DNA of 64,000 nt from Cyclonatronaceae bacterium (lineage in GTDB: Bacteria > Bacteroidota > Rhodothermia > Balneolales > Natronogracilivirgulaceae): the NCBI GenBank assembly GCA_046483675.1, contig JAWOCT010000065.1:21499-85498 (forward strand), given 5' to 3'. Below, piece by piece: positions 18,990 to 29,700 of the stretch (position 1 is its first letter; every line of letters starts with the position of its first letter). Position numbers and translations under genes: made by a program. Below the pieces are notes generated by a model. The model was not told the origin of the DNA. It searched no databases and worked only from the letters and a program-made list of their open reading frames with translations.

Positions 18990-19224
18990 GATAATATGGG
19001 TCTCTGTCCGGTCTGTTTTCTGCCGGACCGACATAATGGTTGTCTCTGTAAACATAATGATGTGCCGGTGCGTTTGAAGCTGGCGTGCCCGCGCATCAGG
19101 GCCGGGCTTGATTCAATGTTTGGGCGCGACAAATCAATCGGTGTGCGTCCGCAGCAATGCAACTGGAAATTACCACGGCTTCTCCGGAGGCGCACTGCAT
19201 ATCCATGCGGTTTACTGGAGTACA

Positions 19225-22218
19225 TCAGGTTTTGCATGTCAGATGCCATCGGGTTCCCTTGCCGGGTGCTGTATCGAACACCAGCGTCGCACCAATCTCT
19301 TCCGCCCTGCGCCGTATATTCGACATGCCACTGCCGTATTCAGGTGTTTGCGGATCCATTCCGTTTCCATTATCGGAAACCTTCAGATGCACCTTGCCCG
19401 CCTTGTAAGTGATCGAAATGTTAACCTGCGACGCCTCGGAATGCCGGGCCACATTCGTCAGCATCTCCTTGAATATCAACCAGAGATTTTGCCGAAGCTT
19501 CATGTCCAGCTTCCCGGGGATCCGCTCATCGATATCGAGCCTGTAATCGATATCTTTGCTTTCCATCAGATCGGAGGAGAACCGGCGGCATTTGGAGAGA
19601 AATGAATTCCAGTCATCATGTTCCGGGTTGATGGCCCAAACGATATCGGTGATCTTTTCCTTGGCATCGCCGGCACTGTCCGAGATCAACCGTACAAAAC
19701 GGTTCCTGTCCCCATGGATCTTCTCGTCTTCAACGGCCTTGGCAAAAAAGCTGATGCTGCTGAGCGTAGCACTGATCTCATCGTGCAGATCCCCGGCAAT
19801 CCGGTTGCGGATGCGGTGCACCCTGAGAAGCTGATTCAGACGGATCCGGTATCCGGTATAGAGAACCGTAACCGAGGCGACCAGATAGAGAAGATATGCC
19901 CACCAGGTCCGATACCAGGGAGGAAGGATACGAACATGAAACGGGTCAGCTACACTGACGACCCCGAAGAGATTGCGCGCTTCCAGCAAAAAACGGTAGG
20001 TTCCTTCAGGAATATTGGTATAGTCTTTCCAGGTCTCGGAAGTCCATGCCGACCAGTTATCATCAAAACCCTCCAGCTTGACCCGGTAGCGTGTACGGGC
20101 CGGATCCAGGTAGGCAGCTGCGGCATAGGTGAAACGCAGATCGTTGTCGGCATACGGAAGAACCATCGGATTGCGGTTCGATCCCCTCGCTACAAGCGAA
20201 TCCCCGCTGACCAGCACTTCGCTGATTTCAGTACGAAAACCGATTTCGGGATCAAAGTGCATCTTCGGATTGTAACGCACAAGTTCCCTGGCGTCAACAT
20301 ACCAAACGTAGCCCTCCGGATCGGTATATATATGGTTGTTCTGGTCAATATCAAGCCAGTTCAGGATGGTCGTCCGAATATCATACGTGCCGTCGGGCTG
20401 CCGCATGGCGGCCTGGTATCCGTCACCCGAGTAAAACCACACATTCCCGGACGGATCCTGGCTGGCGTGGAGATACTGTCGATCTGTAACCATGAAATCG
20501 GGACCAAATTGTTCTGTCTGGATGAGTGAGTCCGATTCCGGATCATGGTACAGGATGCCATGGTATCTTGTCAGAAACAATGGCTCCCCGTCAAGGAGAG
20601 TAACATACACACGTGCAATATCTGACCCATTCACATCCTCATGAAGAAATCTCGTAATGGTGTGACCGGTTATATTCCCGTCCCGTGACTCCAGTCTGAG
20701 GCGGAAAAGCCCCTGTGAATCGGTGCCGATCCAAAGATAACCGGAGGAACACATCAAAACGGAGTTGGGCCTTGTATTGAAGTCATCTGCATGGTAGATG
20801 GTCTCCAGTTGCGATCCGTTCAGTCTGGCGATCGATACGCCTGTCTGATGCACCGCTGCCACGGTCTCCTGATCCAATGAAGTAATGGCACTGCTGAATG
20901 CTGATTCAGAAACCGGCTCGAAGCCATCCCCTGCAAACCGGTAGAGTGTTCCACCACATATGGCGTACAGCGCTTCGCTGTGGTGAAGAAATTGATGGCA
21001 AAATGTTTTTCCTTCAGAAAACAGGGTATTGCCCTGGCTGTCCCGCACATAGATGCCCAGACTGGTCGAAACAAAGATGGTATCGTTGCGGGATGTTATT
21101 CTGTTGGCCGTGCCTGTTAATCCATGCCGGCTGTCAATATGGCGGAAAGGCAGCTGAAGATCTATGCGGGACAGGCCGTTGATCGTGGCGGCCCAGAGCG
21201 ATCCCTTGTTGTCCTGAAGCAATCCGTATACCGTATTACTGATCAGGCCGCTCTCCTCGGTGAGTATCTGCAGAAGTGAGCCGTCCCTGTCGAGCCACAC
21301 TACCCCACCATTGCGGGTAGCTATGGCAATAGTCCCGTCGGCCAGCGTAATCGCCTCGTCTATGTAGTTGTCACTGAGATAATCGGCTGCATCATTATCA
21401 AACGGTCTGTAATCCTGACCGTCGAAAAGCAGCAATTCGAAGTAGGTAACAAAGAGAGTGGTCCCGTCTCCGAGCTCGATCACACTGCGTAGAGTTGTAT
21501 CCCCGAACATCGCCCCCTTGTCCCATGGCACAAGTGCTTCGCCGGTATATTTCTTCAGTCCGGCAAGTGATTCCCGGACGTAGATCTCGCCTTCCATGAC
21601 AAAGAGGTTTGAGAAACGGGTCTGTGCAGGAATGGTATGCACCTGCTCACCGTCGTAGTGAAAAAAATATTCATTGGACAGGAAGAAAACACCGTCATCG
21701 GTTTTTTGACTGTACCAGGCATAGGTAAATTCGACCGTATCGGGCATCAGCGGGGTCAGTGACTCGTAATTCCAGGGTGTGGCGGAGGAGGGATCGGCCG
21801 GCGAGGAAACAGACACATACCCGATCTCTCCGAAGCCACCGACATAGATCCTGTCGTCATCTCCGTAGACAAGACTCACAACCATCTGACCGGGGATGCG
21901 GGCAAACTGCCACTCCTCTCCGTTGAAGCGCATCGCGCCATATGAATTGGCCACGTAGACTATGCCCTGGCTGTCTATTGCAAATCCCCAGTTTTGAACG
22001 TGCCCCTGATAATCATCCACACTGAAGTTGGCAATGGGTGGATAACCGGAACCGCCAGCCGGAACCGGACTGCGATCCTGTCCACGGACACCCTGAATCG
22101 ATATCATGGCACAGAACAGCGCGGTTAATATCCAACCTGTCAGTACCACCCTTACCGTAAAAACCATACTTGTCACAAAGAGTAGGCGAGCCATTCGCTT
22201 GACCAGGAGGTTTCCCAC
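19225..22218 (-). CDS. hybrid-architecture sensor histidine kinase (two-component regulator propeller repeats + Y_Y_Y + TM + HisKA_3/HATPase)
   Basis: 997 aa with an N-terminal TM/signal and a long periplasmic repeat region. The Y_Y_Y-like segment is RYRVKLEGFDDNWSAW...GTYRF, followed by a TM segment WWAYLLYLVASVTVLY. The phospho-accepting His box is IAGDLHDEISATL (NarX/DegS type). The ATPase has VSDNGNGM. Confidence 0.9.
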   Translation of the reverse strand: MGNLLVKRMARLLFVTSMVFTVRVVLTGWILTALFCAMISIQGVRGQDRSPVPAGGSGYPPIANFSVDDYQGHVQNWGFAIDSQGIVYVANSYGAMRFNGEEWQFARIPGQMVVSLVYGDDDRIYVGGFGEIGYVSVSSPADPSSATPWNYESLTPLMPDTVEFTYAWYSQKTDDGVFFLSNEYFFHYDGEQVHTIPAQTRFSNLFVMEGEIYVRESLAGLKKYTGEALVPWDKGAMFGDTTLRSVIELGDGTTLFVTYFELLLFDGQDYRPFDNDAADYLSDNYIDEAITLADGTIAIATRNGGVVWLDRDGSLLQILTEESGLISNTVYGLLQDNKGSLWAATINGLSRIDLQLPFRHIDSRHGLTGTANRITSRNDTIFVSTSLGIYVRDSQGNTLFSEGKTFCHQFLHHSEALYAICGGTLYRFAGDGFEPVSESAFSSAITSLDQETVAAVHQTGVSIARLNGSQLETIYHADDFNTRPNSVLMCSSGYLWIGTDSQGLFRLRLESRDGNITGHTITRFLHEDVNGSDIARVYVTLLDGEPLFLTRYHGILYHDPESDSLIQTEQFGPDFMVTDRQYLHASQDPSGNVWFYSGDGYQAAMRQPDGTYDIRTTILNWLDIDQNNHIYTDPEGYVWYVDARELVRYNPKMHFDPEIGFRTEISEVLVSGDSLVARGSNRNPMVLPYADNDLRFTYAAAAYLDPARTRYRVKLEGFDDNWSAWTSETWKDYTNIPEGTYRFLLEARNLFGVVSVADPFHVRILPPWYRTWWAYLLYLVASVTVLYTGYRIRLNQLLRVHRIRNRIAGDLHDEISATLSSISFFAKAVEDEKIHGDRNRFVRLISDSAGDAKEKITDIVWAINPEHDDWNSFLSKCRRFSSDLMESKDIDYRLDIDERIPGKLDMKLRQNLWLIFKEMLTNVARHSEASQVNISITYKAGKVHLKVSDNGNGMDPQTPEYGSGMSNIRRRAEEIGATLVFDTAPGKGTRWHLTCKT

Positions 22219-22266
22219 ATTTTTGTACCAATGTAAGAAATCTTTTCGGTTTTGGGAGTAAACCGG

Positions 22267-22686
22267 TCAGGGTTGCGGCTCATCCGGTTCCGTGACGATG
22301 ATAACGCCTCCCGGACCGTCTCCGTCATCCGGATCGTCTTCGTCTTTGTCTGATCCGGACATCTCCAACTCACTATCCACATCGTGACTGGATGCCGATG
22401 CAAGGCGGTAGGATGCCACCGTCATCTCGGGAAATTTCGGATGGCTGTTGTTTATCTGGTCCGCGCCGAGCAGTGCTCCGTTTTCCCACCTGATGGCATA
22501 ATTGGTGCTCCTGTCGGATATGATAATCAGCCGGTCTCCATCGGCCAGTGGGGCCGTTTCCCCGGCCTTTAGCGTTTTCATGTCAGTGACCGTACCGCCC
22601 TGGGAACTGATAACAAACCGTATCTGATGATTCTTCCTGCTGTCAGTCCGGTTGGCAATACTTCTTTCATTGGTTGTGCCGCTCAT
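22267..22686 (-). CDS. hypothetical protein with an acidic C-terminal tail
   Basis: 139-aa ORF, 48 bp upstream of and co-oriented with the sensor kinase. No signal peptide or recognisable motif. The tail reads SGSDKDEDDPDDGDGPGG. Confidence 0.45.
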   Translation of the reverse strand: MSGTTNERSIANRTDSRKNHQIRFVISSQGGTVTDMKTLKAGETAPLADGDRLIIISDRSTNYAIRWENGALLGADQINNSHPKFPEMTVASYRLASASSHDVDSELEMSGSDKDEDDPDDGDGPGGVIIVTEPDEPQP

Positions 22687-22823
22687 GGCTCTCCTCCTTA
22701 CTATCTGTTGAAATGACTGTCTGATGACGCAGTAATGTGATGACCATCACTATGTTTCGTGCACATGCGGAATATAAAAAAATATTCCAACTACCATAAT
22801 TCCTCTGCCTGATAATCCACCAT

Positions 22824-22868
22824 AAAAAAAGCCCTCCGCCCCGCGGAAGATCCGGGAGCGAGAGGGCT
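22824..22868 (-). terminator. orphan rho-independent terminator with no annotated upstream gene on its strand
   Basis: The minus strand reads AGCCCTC(T)CGC...GCGGAGGGCT followed by TTTTTTTA: about 10 bp of GC-rich stem with one bulge. The only ORF crossing it (22750..23013) runs through the hairpin and looks spurious. Confidence 0.6.
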
Positions 22869-23016
22869 GAGCGCTCTCTTTATCGAACGTCACTCTGATA
22901 ATTCTTTTGTATGGCAGCAAAAAAACGAAAGTGGATGCATTTCCGCTGCTATTAAAAATCATTCGGGCTTGTTGTCTTTGCTCACTCAAACAATACGAAG
23001 TCATAATCTGCATGTC

Positions 23017-23034
23017 ACCGCATGATCATGCGGT
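23017..23034. promoter_or_regulatory. perfect 18-bp palindrome upstream of acnA (candidate operator)
   Basis: ACCGCATGATCATGCGGT is its own reverse complement. It lies about 133 bp upstream of the acnA ATG at 23167. Confidence 0.35.
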
Positions 23035-23166
23035 TTCATCCCGAATAGTCCACCAGCAACACCTATACCTGGCCCTCATCCATACGAACCTGAACATAGA
23101 TTTTTGCCTATGATTTTATTATCCTTAAAGTTGTTTACACACCCCTGTCAAAAGAATCGAGAAATC

Positions 23167-25971
23167 ATGAGCAACGATATTTTTGGAATAGTAAAGGAAC
23201 TGAAGACTCCTACAGGCACCCACAAATACTACAGTCTCAGCGAGTTGAAAAAGCAGGGGTACGCAATCGAAAAACTGCCCTTCAGCATCCGCATTCTGCT
23301 GGAAAATGCCCTGCGGAACTACGACGACTTCGCCATCAAGAAAGAGCACATAGAAACCCTGCTCAACTGGTCTCCCGACGGTGTGCCCAGCGACATACCC
23401 TACATGCCCGCACGCGTGCTCATGCAGGATTTTACCGGCGTACCCTCGGTGGTGGACATCGCGTCCATCCGGTCGGAAGTGGGACGCAAAAAAGGAAGCG
23501 AAAACGCCTCAAAGATCAACCCGCAGGTACCGGTCGACCTGATCATAGATCACTCGGTGCAGGTGGACTATTTCGGTACCCGCGAGGCCTACCGTCTTAA
23601 TGTTGAAAAAGAGTACGAGCGCAATGATGAGCGCTACAGCCTGCTCAAGTGGGCTCAGCAGGCATTCGCTGACTACAGCGTACTGCCTCCAGGACTCGGT
23701 ATCTGCCACCAGGTGAACCTGGAATATCTGGCTAAAGGCATCTACCTGCGCGACGGGTACGCCTTCCCGGACACCCTCGTGGGCACCGACTCCCACACCC
23801 CCATGGTCAACGGCATCGGTGTGGTCGGCTGGGGTGTCGGCGGGATCGAAGCGGAAGCGGTCATGCTCGGCCAACCGATCTACATGCTCAATCCGGAAGT
23901 GGTGGGATTCAAACTGACCGGCTCCCTTCCTGAAGGAGCCACCTCGACCGATCTGGTGCTGGCCGTGACCCATCTGCTGCGTAAGCATGGGGTTGTCGGA
24001 AAATTCGTAGAAGTGTTTGGTGACGGACTTGCCAATCTGACCGTGCCCGACCGTGCCACCATATCCAACATGTCTCCCGAGTTCGGATGCACCATAACGT
24101 TCTTCCCGATCGACGACCGCACCCTTGACTACATGCGGCTTACGGCACGTGATGAATACCACGTGCAGACCGTCGAACAGTATGCCAAAAACAACATGAT
24201 GTGGCGGGAGAACGAGGAGCAGATCACCTACACCAATCAGCTTGAACTCGATCTTGGTGATGTCGTGCCGGCCATATCCGGTCCGAAACGCCCGCAGGAC
24301 AAGATCGTGCTTACCGAGGTCAAGGATTCCTTCATCAAGATCATGAAAGAGAGCTACGAGCGCGACTACATAGACATGGAAGACCGGGAACGATGGCTTT
24401 CCGAAGGCGGACAGCCTGCCGATACCATCAACCAGAAAGATCGCGACCTGAAAATCCCCGGTGAAGCCGAAGTAGCCGTGGAAACCCGGGCCCAAACCGA
24501 CGGCGAACTCAAAACCGTAGAGGTCAAGACCGGCGACACCGAATTCATGCTCAGCGACGGGGCTGTGGTAATGGCTGCCATCACAAGCTGTACCAACACC
24601 TCCAACCCCTCGGTTATGCTGGGCGCCGGCCTCGTGGCCCAAAAAGCGATTGAAAAAGGCCTGGATGTAAAACCCTGGGTGAAGACCAGTCTGGCACCCG
24701 GTTCCAAGGTGGTCACGAAATATTACGAAAAGTCCAAGCTGATGCCCTATCTTGAAGCTCTCGGTTTCCATGTGGTAGGATACGGCTGCACCACCTGCAT
24801 CGGAAACAGCGGCGACCTGCCGCCCCATATTGCCAAGGCTGTAGAAGAGAACGATATGATCGTTGCCTCCGTACTTTCCGGCAACCGTAATTTCGAAGCG
24901 CGCATCCACCCCAGCATTAAAATGAATTTCCTGGCCTCTCCGATGCTCGTGGTCGCCTATGCCCTGGCCGGACGTATCGATATTGACATGACCAGTGAAC
25001 CGCTTGGATTCGGACCCAACTTTGAACCGGTTTACCTAAAGGATATCTGGCCTACTGAAAAGGAAATACGCGATCTTATGGAAAATGTCATCGAACCGGA
25101 GGATTTCCGCAGCAACTACGCCACCTTGTTTGAAGGTGACGAAGTCTGGAAGGCACTCGACGCGCCGGCCGGACAGGTCTACAAGTGGGATGATGCTTCA
25201 ACCTACATCAAAGAAGCGCCCTTCTTCCAGGATATTTCCGAAACGCCGGAAAAGATGGAGGATATTACCGGTGCACGTGCATTGCTCGTATTGGGTGATT
25301 CCATCACCACCGATCATATCTCGCCGGCCGGCAAGATCGGAGAAGACACACCGGCAGGTAAATATCTGATCAGCATGGGGGTGAAACCGGTCGACTTCAA
25401 TTCCTATGGATCCCGGCGAGGCAACCATGAGGTGATGATACGCGGCACTTTTGCCAACGTGCGCATCAAAAATCAGCTGGTTGACAGGGAAGGCGGATGG
25501 ACTGTCCACCATCCTTCCGGAGAAGAGATGCCGGTGTACGACACCGCCCTCAAATACGCCGAGGCTGAAACTCCGCTGGTCGTGCTGGGCGGCAAGGAAT
25601 ATGGAAGCGGCTCCTCCCGTGACTGGGCGGCAAAAGGCACCAACCTGCTTGGCATCCGGGCCGTGATCGCCGAAAGCTTCGAACGCATCCATCGCAGCAA
25701 CCTGGTAGGCATGGGTGTGCTTCCGCTCCGGTTTGAGGCCGGGGAATCAAAAGAAAGCCTCGGGCTGAACGGGAACGAAATATTTAACATCACGGGCATA
25801 TCTGATGGATTGTCACCCAACAAGGAACTCGATGTCGTTGCCCGCAAGGACGACGGCAAGGAAACAGCCTTCAAGGCGATCGCACAACTCAACTCCGAGG
25901 TTGAAATCGCATACTATCAGAACGGTGGGATCCTGCAGTATGTACTGCGGCGATTTTTGAAAGATATGTAA
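23167..25971 (+). CDS. acnA: aconitate hydratase A
   Basis: LPFSIRILLEN, ARVLMQDFTGVP, GTDSHT, the Fe-S ligand regions ITSCTNTSNP and GYGCTTCIGNSG, and the swivel domain GKEYGSGSSRDWAAKG. The Met at 23167 (MSNDIFG) is preferred over 23104. Confidence 0.95.
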   Translation: MSNDIFGIVKELKTPTGTHKYYSLSELKKQGYAIEKLPFSIRILLENALRNYDDFAIKKEHIETLLNWSPDGVPSDIPYMPARVLMQDFTGVPSVVDIASIRSEVGRKKGSENASKINPQVPVDLIIDHSVQVDYFGTREAYRLNVEKEYERNDERYSLLKWAQQAFADYSVLPPGLGICHQVNLEYLAKGIYLRDGYAFPDTLVGTDSHTPMVNGIGVVGWGVGGIEAEAVMLGQPIYMLNPEVVGFKLTGSLPEGATSTDLVLAVTHLLRKHGVVGKFVEVFGDGLANLTVPDRATISNMSPEFGCTITFFPIDDRTLDYMRLTARDEYHVQTVEQYAKNNMMWRENEEQITYTNQLELDLGDVVPAISGPKRPQDKIVLTEVKDSFIKIMKESYERDYIDMEDRERWLSEGGQPADTINQKDRDLKIPGEAEVAVETRAQTDGELKTVEVKTGDTEFMLSDGAVVMAAITSCTNTSNPSVMLGAGLVAQKAIEKGLDVKPWVKTSLAPGSKVVTKYYEKSKLMPYLEALGFHVVGYGCTTCIGNSGDLPPHIAKAVEENDMIVASVLSGNRNFEARIHPSIKMNFLASPMLVVAYALAGRIDIDMTSEPLGFGPNFEPVYLKDIWPTEKEIRDLMENVIEPEDFRSNYATLFEGDEVWKALDAPAGQVYKWDDASTYIKEAPFFQDISETPEKMEDITGARALLVLGDSITTDHISPAGKIGEDTPAGKYLISMGVKPVDFNSYGSRRGNHEVMIRGTFANVRIKNQLVDREGGWTVHHPSGEEMPVYDTALKYAEAETPLVVLGGKEYGSGSSRDWAAKGTNLLGIRAVIAESFERIHRSNLVGMGVLPLRFEAGESKESLGLNGNEIFNITGISDGLSPNKELDVVARKDDGKETAFKAIAQLNSEVEIAYYQNGGILQYVLRRFLKDM

Positions 25972-26083
25972 GGACTCCCTTGCGTCCCGAACCCTGCCAT
26001 TCACTCGTAGTTCTCATTTCATACCAAAAGTCAGGACAACCTGAAAATGTCAATCTATTTCAGGACGGGACATCCCCGGAATT

Positions 26084-26122
26084 AAAAAGCCTGACAGACG
26101 CCATTGTCCCGTCAGGCTTTTT
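26084..26122. terminator. bidirectional rho-independent terminator between convergent acnA and trxA
   Basis: AAAAAGCCTGAC-(15 nt)-GTCAGGCTTTTT: a GC-rich 7-bp stem flanked by an A-run and a T-run, so it can act on either strand. Confidence 0.7.
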
Positions 26123-26219
26123 CGTGCGCATACTGTCTCGTCGTGGAACAAGTCGGTTTTGTATCACTACATCTTAGGACGGGACATGCCGGTACAGGGT
26201 GGGAACCCGGTACAATTGC

Positions 26220-26543
26220 TTACAATTGTGCTTCTAGGTGTTTTTGAAGATGTGCTTTAGGCACGGCGCCGACAATCTGGTCCACTACCTCTCCATCCTT
26301 GAAAATCAACAGCGAGGGGATGCTGCGGATGCCATATTGCATGGAGATCTGGGGATTGTTGTCCACATCCACCTTGCCCACTTTTACTTTGCCATCGTAG
26401 TCACCGGCCAGCTCTTCCACCACCGGTCCTACCATACGGCACGGACCGCACCATTCGGCCCAGAAATCGACAAGTACCGGTGTACCTGCCTTGATAACTT
26501 CATCATTGAAGTTGCTGTCTGTTAACTCAACTGGTTTTGCCAT
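26220..26543 (-). CDS. trxA: thioredoxin
   Basis: 107 aa; VLVDFWAEWCGPCR active site, and a typical PTLLIFKDG-like IPSLLIFKDGEV. Confidence 0.95.
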   Translation of the reverse strand: MAKPVELTDSNFNDEVIKAGTPVLVDFWAEWCGPCRMVGPVVEELAGDYDGKVKVGKVDVDNNPQISMQYGIRSIPSLLIFKDGEVVDQIVGAVPKAHLQKHLEAQL

Positions 26544-26748
26544 AATTCAATCTTGGTTTCATTTTTTTATTACACAGATAAATGGAATGCATTTAACCAA
26601 AGATAACAAACCTCCGGCCAAATCCATTCACCTGAATGATTTGTTATAAATATATATAATTATATATATATTATCAAGCCATCAAACAGATATGCCTGAT
26701 GGTCTCCTGATCATGCGGGATCATGAATTGGTTAAGACTTCGATCGGA

Positions 26749-29700
26749 TCAGACTTCCGGACGCCGCTCCACCCACACATTGTTTTTCCCCAGCAGGCGT
26801 CGTGACTTTGTGAGCAGTTCATCGTTGGGATCCACGACAAATTTACGCACTTTCATGCGGATTGGTTGCTCCTGACCGCTTTGGACCATCATCTGGACAT
26901 GCGTACCGCCACGGTTCTTTTCGAAGAGATCGGCCAGTTCTTCCAGTGTATCGCTCCCTACTTCATCAGTGGACACGCTCAGGCAAAGCCGGATAGTGCC
27001 CTGATTCTTGTCACGCAGATTTTCAATCCGGTCAAAACTCCGCGCGATGATTTTGGGGGTCCCGTCCCGTACGGAGACATTGCCTTCCACCACCACCAGG
27101 TTGTCCACTTGCAGCAAGTTCATCGATTTGTCATAGCATTCTGAAAAAACGAGGATCTCGGTACTGCCCTTCTCATCCTCCATGGTCAGAAAAGCGATCG
27201 GACGGCCTTTTTTATCGCGGGTATGCCGGGCTGCGGTGATGATACCGGCGCAGGTAACGGGGGCGCGCTCTTTCAGCTCCCGCAGCCCTTCTTCTCCCAA
27301 TCCATTCGAGCAGAAAAGGGCGATATCTTCCCGAAAACGATCGAGTGGATGCCCGCTCAGAAAAAAACCGATCAATTCACGTTCCTGCTTGAGTTTTTCC
27401 ATGCTCGACCATGCGGTGACTTCTCTTAGCCGGGGTTCCGGTTCCTGATATGAGCCGTTGTCGTCCCCTCCGAAAAGGCTCGTCTGGTTTCGGCTTTTTT
27501 CGTCCTGCATGCGGGCACCGTAGCTCAGGGCATCTTCAAGACTCTCCATCAATTGTGCCCGATTGCCGTGCAGCTCATCGAAGGCGCCGGCCCCGATCAG
27601 GCTTTCGAGCATTTTCCGGTTGCAGCTGCGCAGATCGACCCGTGAAGTAAAATCGAAGATACTGTAGAAAGGTCCGTTTTCTGCGCGTTCGGCAACGAAA
27701 TGCTCCACAGCCGAAGAACCGACCCCCTTTATGGCGCTCAGACCATATTGTACCCTTCCATCTTTGGCCGTAAAGAAAGCCTCCCCGGAATTGATATTGG
27801 GTGAGTCGACCGGGACACCGAGATGGTAGCACTCTTCAATAAATTGAGAGACCTTCTTGATGTCGTTCATATTATGGGTGAGCACCGCCGCCATGTACAA
27901 TGCCGGATAGTTGGCCTTGAAATAGGCCGTATGGTAGGCCACTACCGAATAGGCCGCAGAGTGCGACTTGTTAAAGCCGTATCCGGCAAAGTAGGCCATC
28001 TTCTCGAACACATCGTTGGCGGTTTTGTCATCCACACCCCGCTCACGTGCCCCTTCCAGGAACTTGACCTTCATTTTGGCCATCTGATCCACTTTCTTTT
28101 TCCCCATGGCCCGCCGGAGAATGTCCGCTTCACCCAACGTAAAGCCGCCCATGACCTGTGCTACTTTCATGATCTGCTCCTGGTAGACCATGATGCCGAA
28201 TGTGGGCTTCAGCACATCCTCGAGCATGGGGTGCGGATATATCACTTGCTTCCGGCCGTGTTTGCAGTTGATGTATTCCGGAATGAACTGCATCGGACCC
28301 GGACGATAGAGCGCATTCATCGCTATCAGGTCATCGATGCTGGTCGGCTTGAGCTCCCTCAGATACTTGCGCATACCGTCGGACTCGAACTGGAACGTTC
28401 CTACCGTGTCGCCGCGCTGGTAAAGCTCATAGGTTTTTTTATCATCCAGAGGAATGTCATCGAGATGATATTCCTTGCCCTGGATCTCTTTTACCAGCCG
28501 GATGGCTGTCTTGAGGATGGACAGGGTTTTGAGCCCGAGAAAATCCATTTTCAGCAGACCGCACATTTCGGAACTTGGACCGTCGTACTGCGTAATGACA
28601 TCCTTCTCCCTGGATAGCGCCACCGGCACATAATCGTACACCCTGCCGGGTGCAATGATGACACCGGCAGCATGGATACCGGTTTGACGCGGGCAACCCT
28701 CCAGGGTCCTGGCAAAACTCATCATCTTGCGGACCTGGGTGTCCGGGTGATCGAACAGGGATTTGATCTCAGTGGCCGTTTCGGGATTCATTGCCGGATC
28801 CACCACCTTCTTGAAGGTATCCAGCCCCGGGCGTTCGGGAAACAGTTTGGCTATACGGTTTACTTCATTGAGCGGTACGCCGAGCACCCTTCCCACATCA
28901 CGGATGGCCGTCTTGGCTTTCATGGTACCGTACGTCACGATCTGCGCAACGTTCTGCCGTCCGTACTTCTCTACCACATAATCAATTACCGCCTGGCGCC
29001 CTGCGTCGTCAAAATCGATGTCGATATCGGGCGGACTCACACGCTCAGGGTTCAGGAACCGCTCAAACAGCAGGTCATAGCGCAGCGGATCGATATTGAT
29101 GATACCCACGCAGTAAGCGACAATGCTCCCGGCGGCCGATCCCCGGCCCGGACCCACAAACACACCGCGTTTGCGGGCCTCGGTGGTGAATCCTTCCACA
29201 ATGAGAAAGTACCCTGCAAATCCCATATCCCGTATGATCTGCAACTCCCTTTCGATCCGCGAGGTAACCTCTTCGGATAGTTCGCCGTACCGGATCCTGG
29301 CCCCCTTGTAGGTCACATGCCGGAGATAATCGTCCATGTCCGTGAATTCATCCGGCACATTGAAGTGCGGCAGCAGAAGCTCGGAACTGAGGGTAATATC
29401 CTCGGTTTTCTCAACGATTTCCTGCGTATTTTCGATCGATTCCGGCAGATCACTGAAGAGCTCCTTCATCTCTTCAGGTGTCTTCAGATAGAATTGCGGG
29501 TTCAACCGGTTCTGGTCGTCAGTAAAACGAAACCGATTGGGGTCGTTGATGTCAGCGTTGGTCTGCAGCGCCAGCAGGATGTCATGTGCCTCGGAATCCT
29601 GTTTGTCGACATAGTGCGAGTCATTGGTGGCAATCATCTTGATGCCGTACTCCCGGCTCCATCGGATCAGAACTTCGTTGCATACATCCTGGTCGCGCAA

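Noticed and set aside
22750-23013. 87-aa minus-strand ORF in the acnA upstream region.
   Set aside because: It reads through a strong terminator hairpin and T-run, has an implausible composition, and has no motif. The region is more likely non-coding or an sRNA.
26703-26722. The motif TGATCATGCGG is shared between the trxA/dnaE intergenic region and the acnA palindrome (23017..23034), considered as a possible common operator.
   Set aside because: An 11-nt match between two sites in 64 kb is expected many times by chance. The 26.7-kb copy is a direct repeat (GATCATG x2), not the palindrome.
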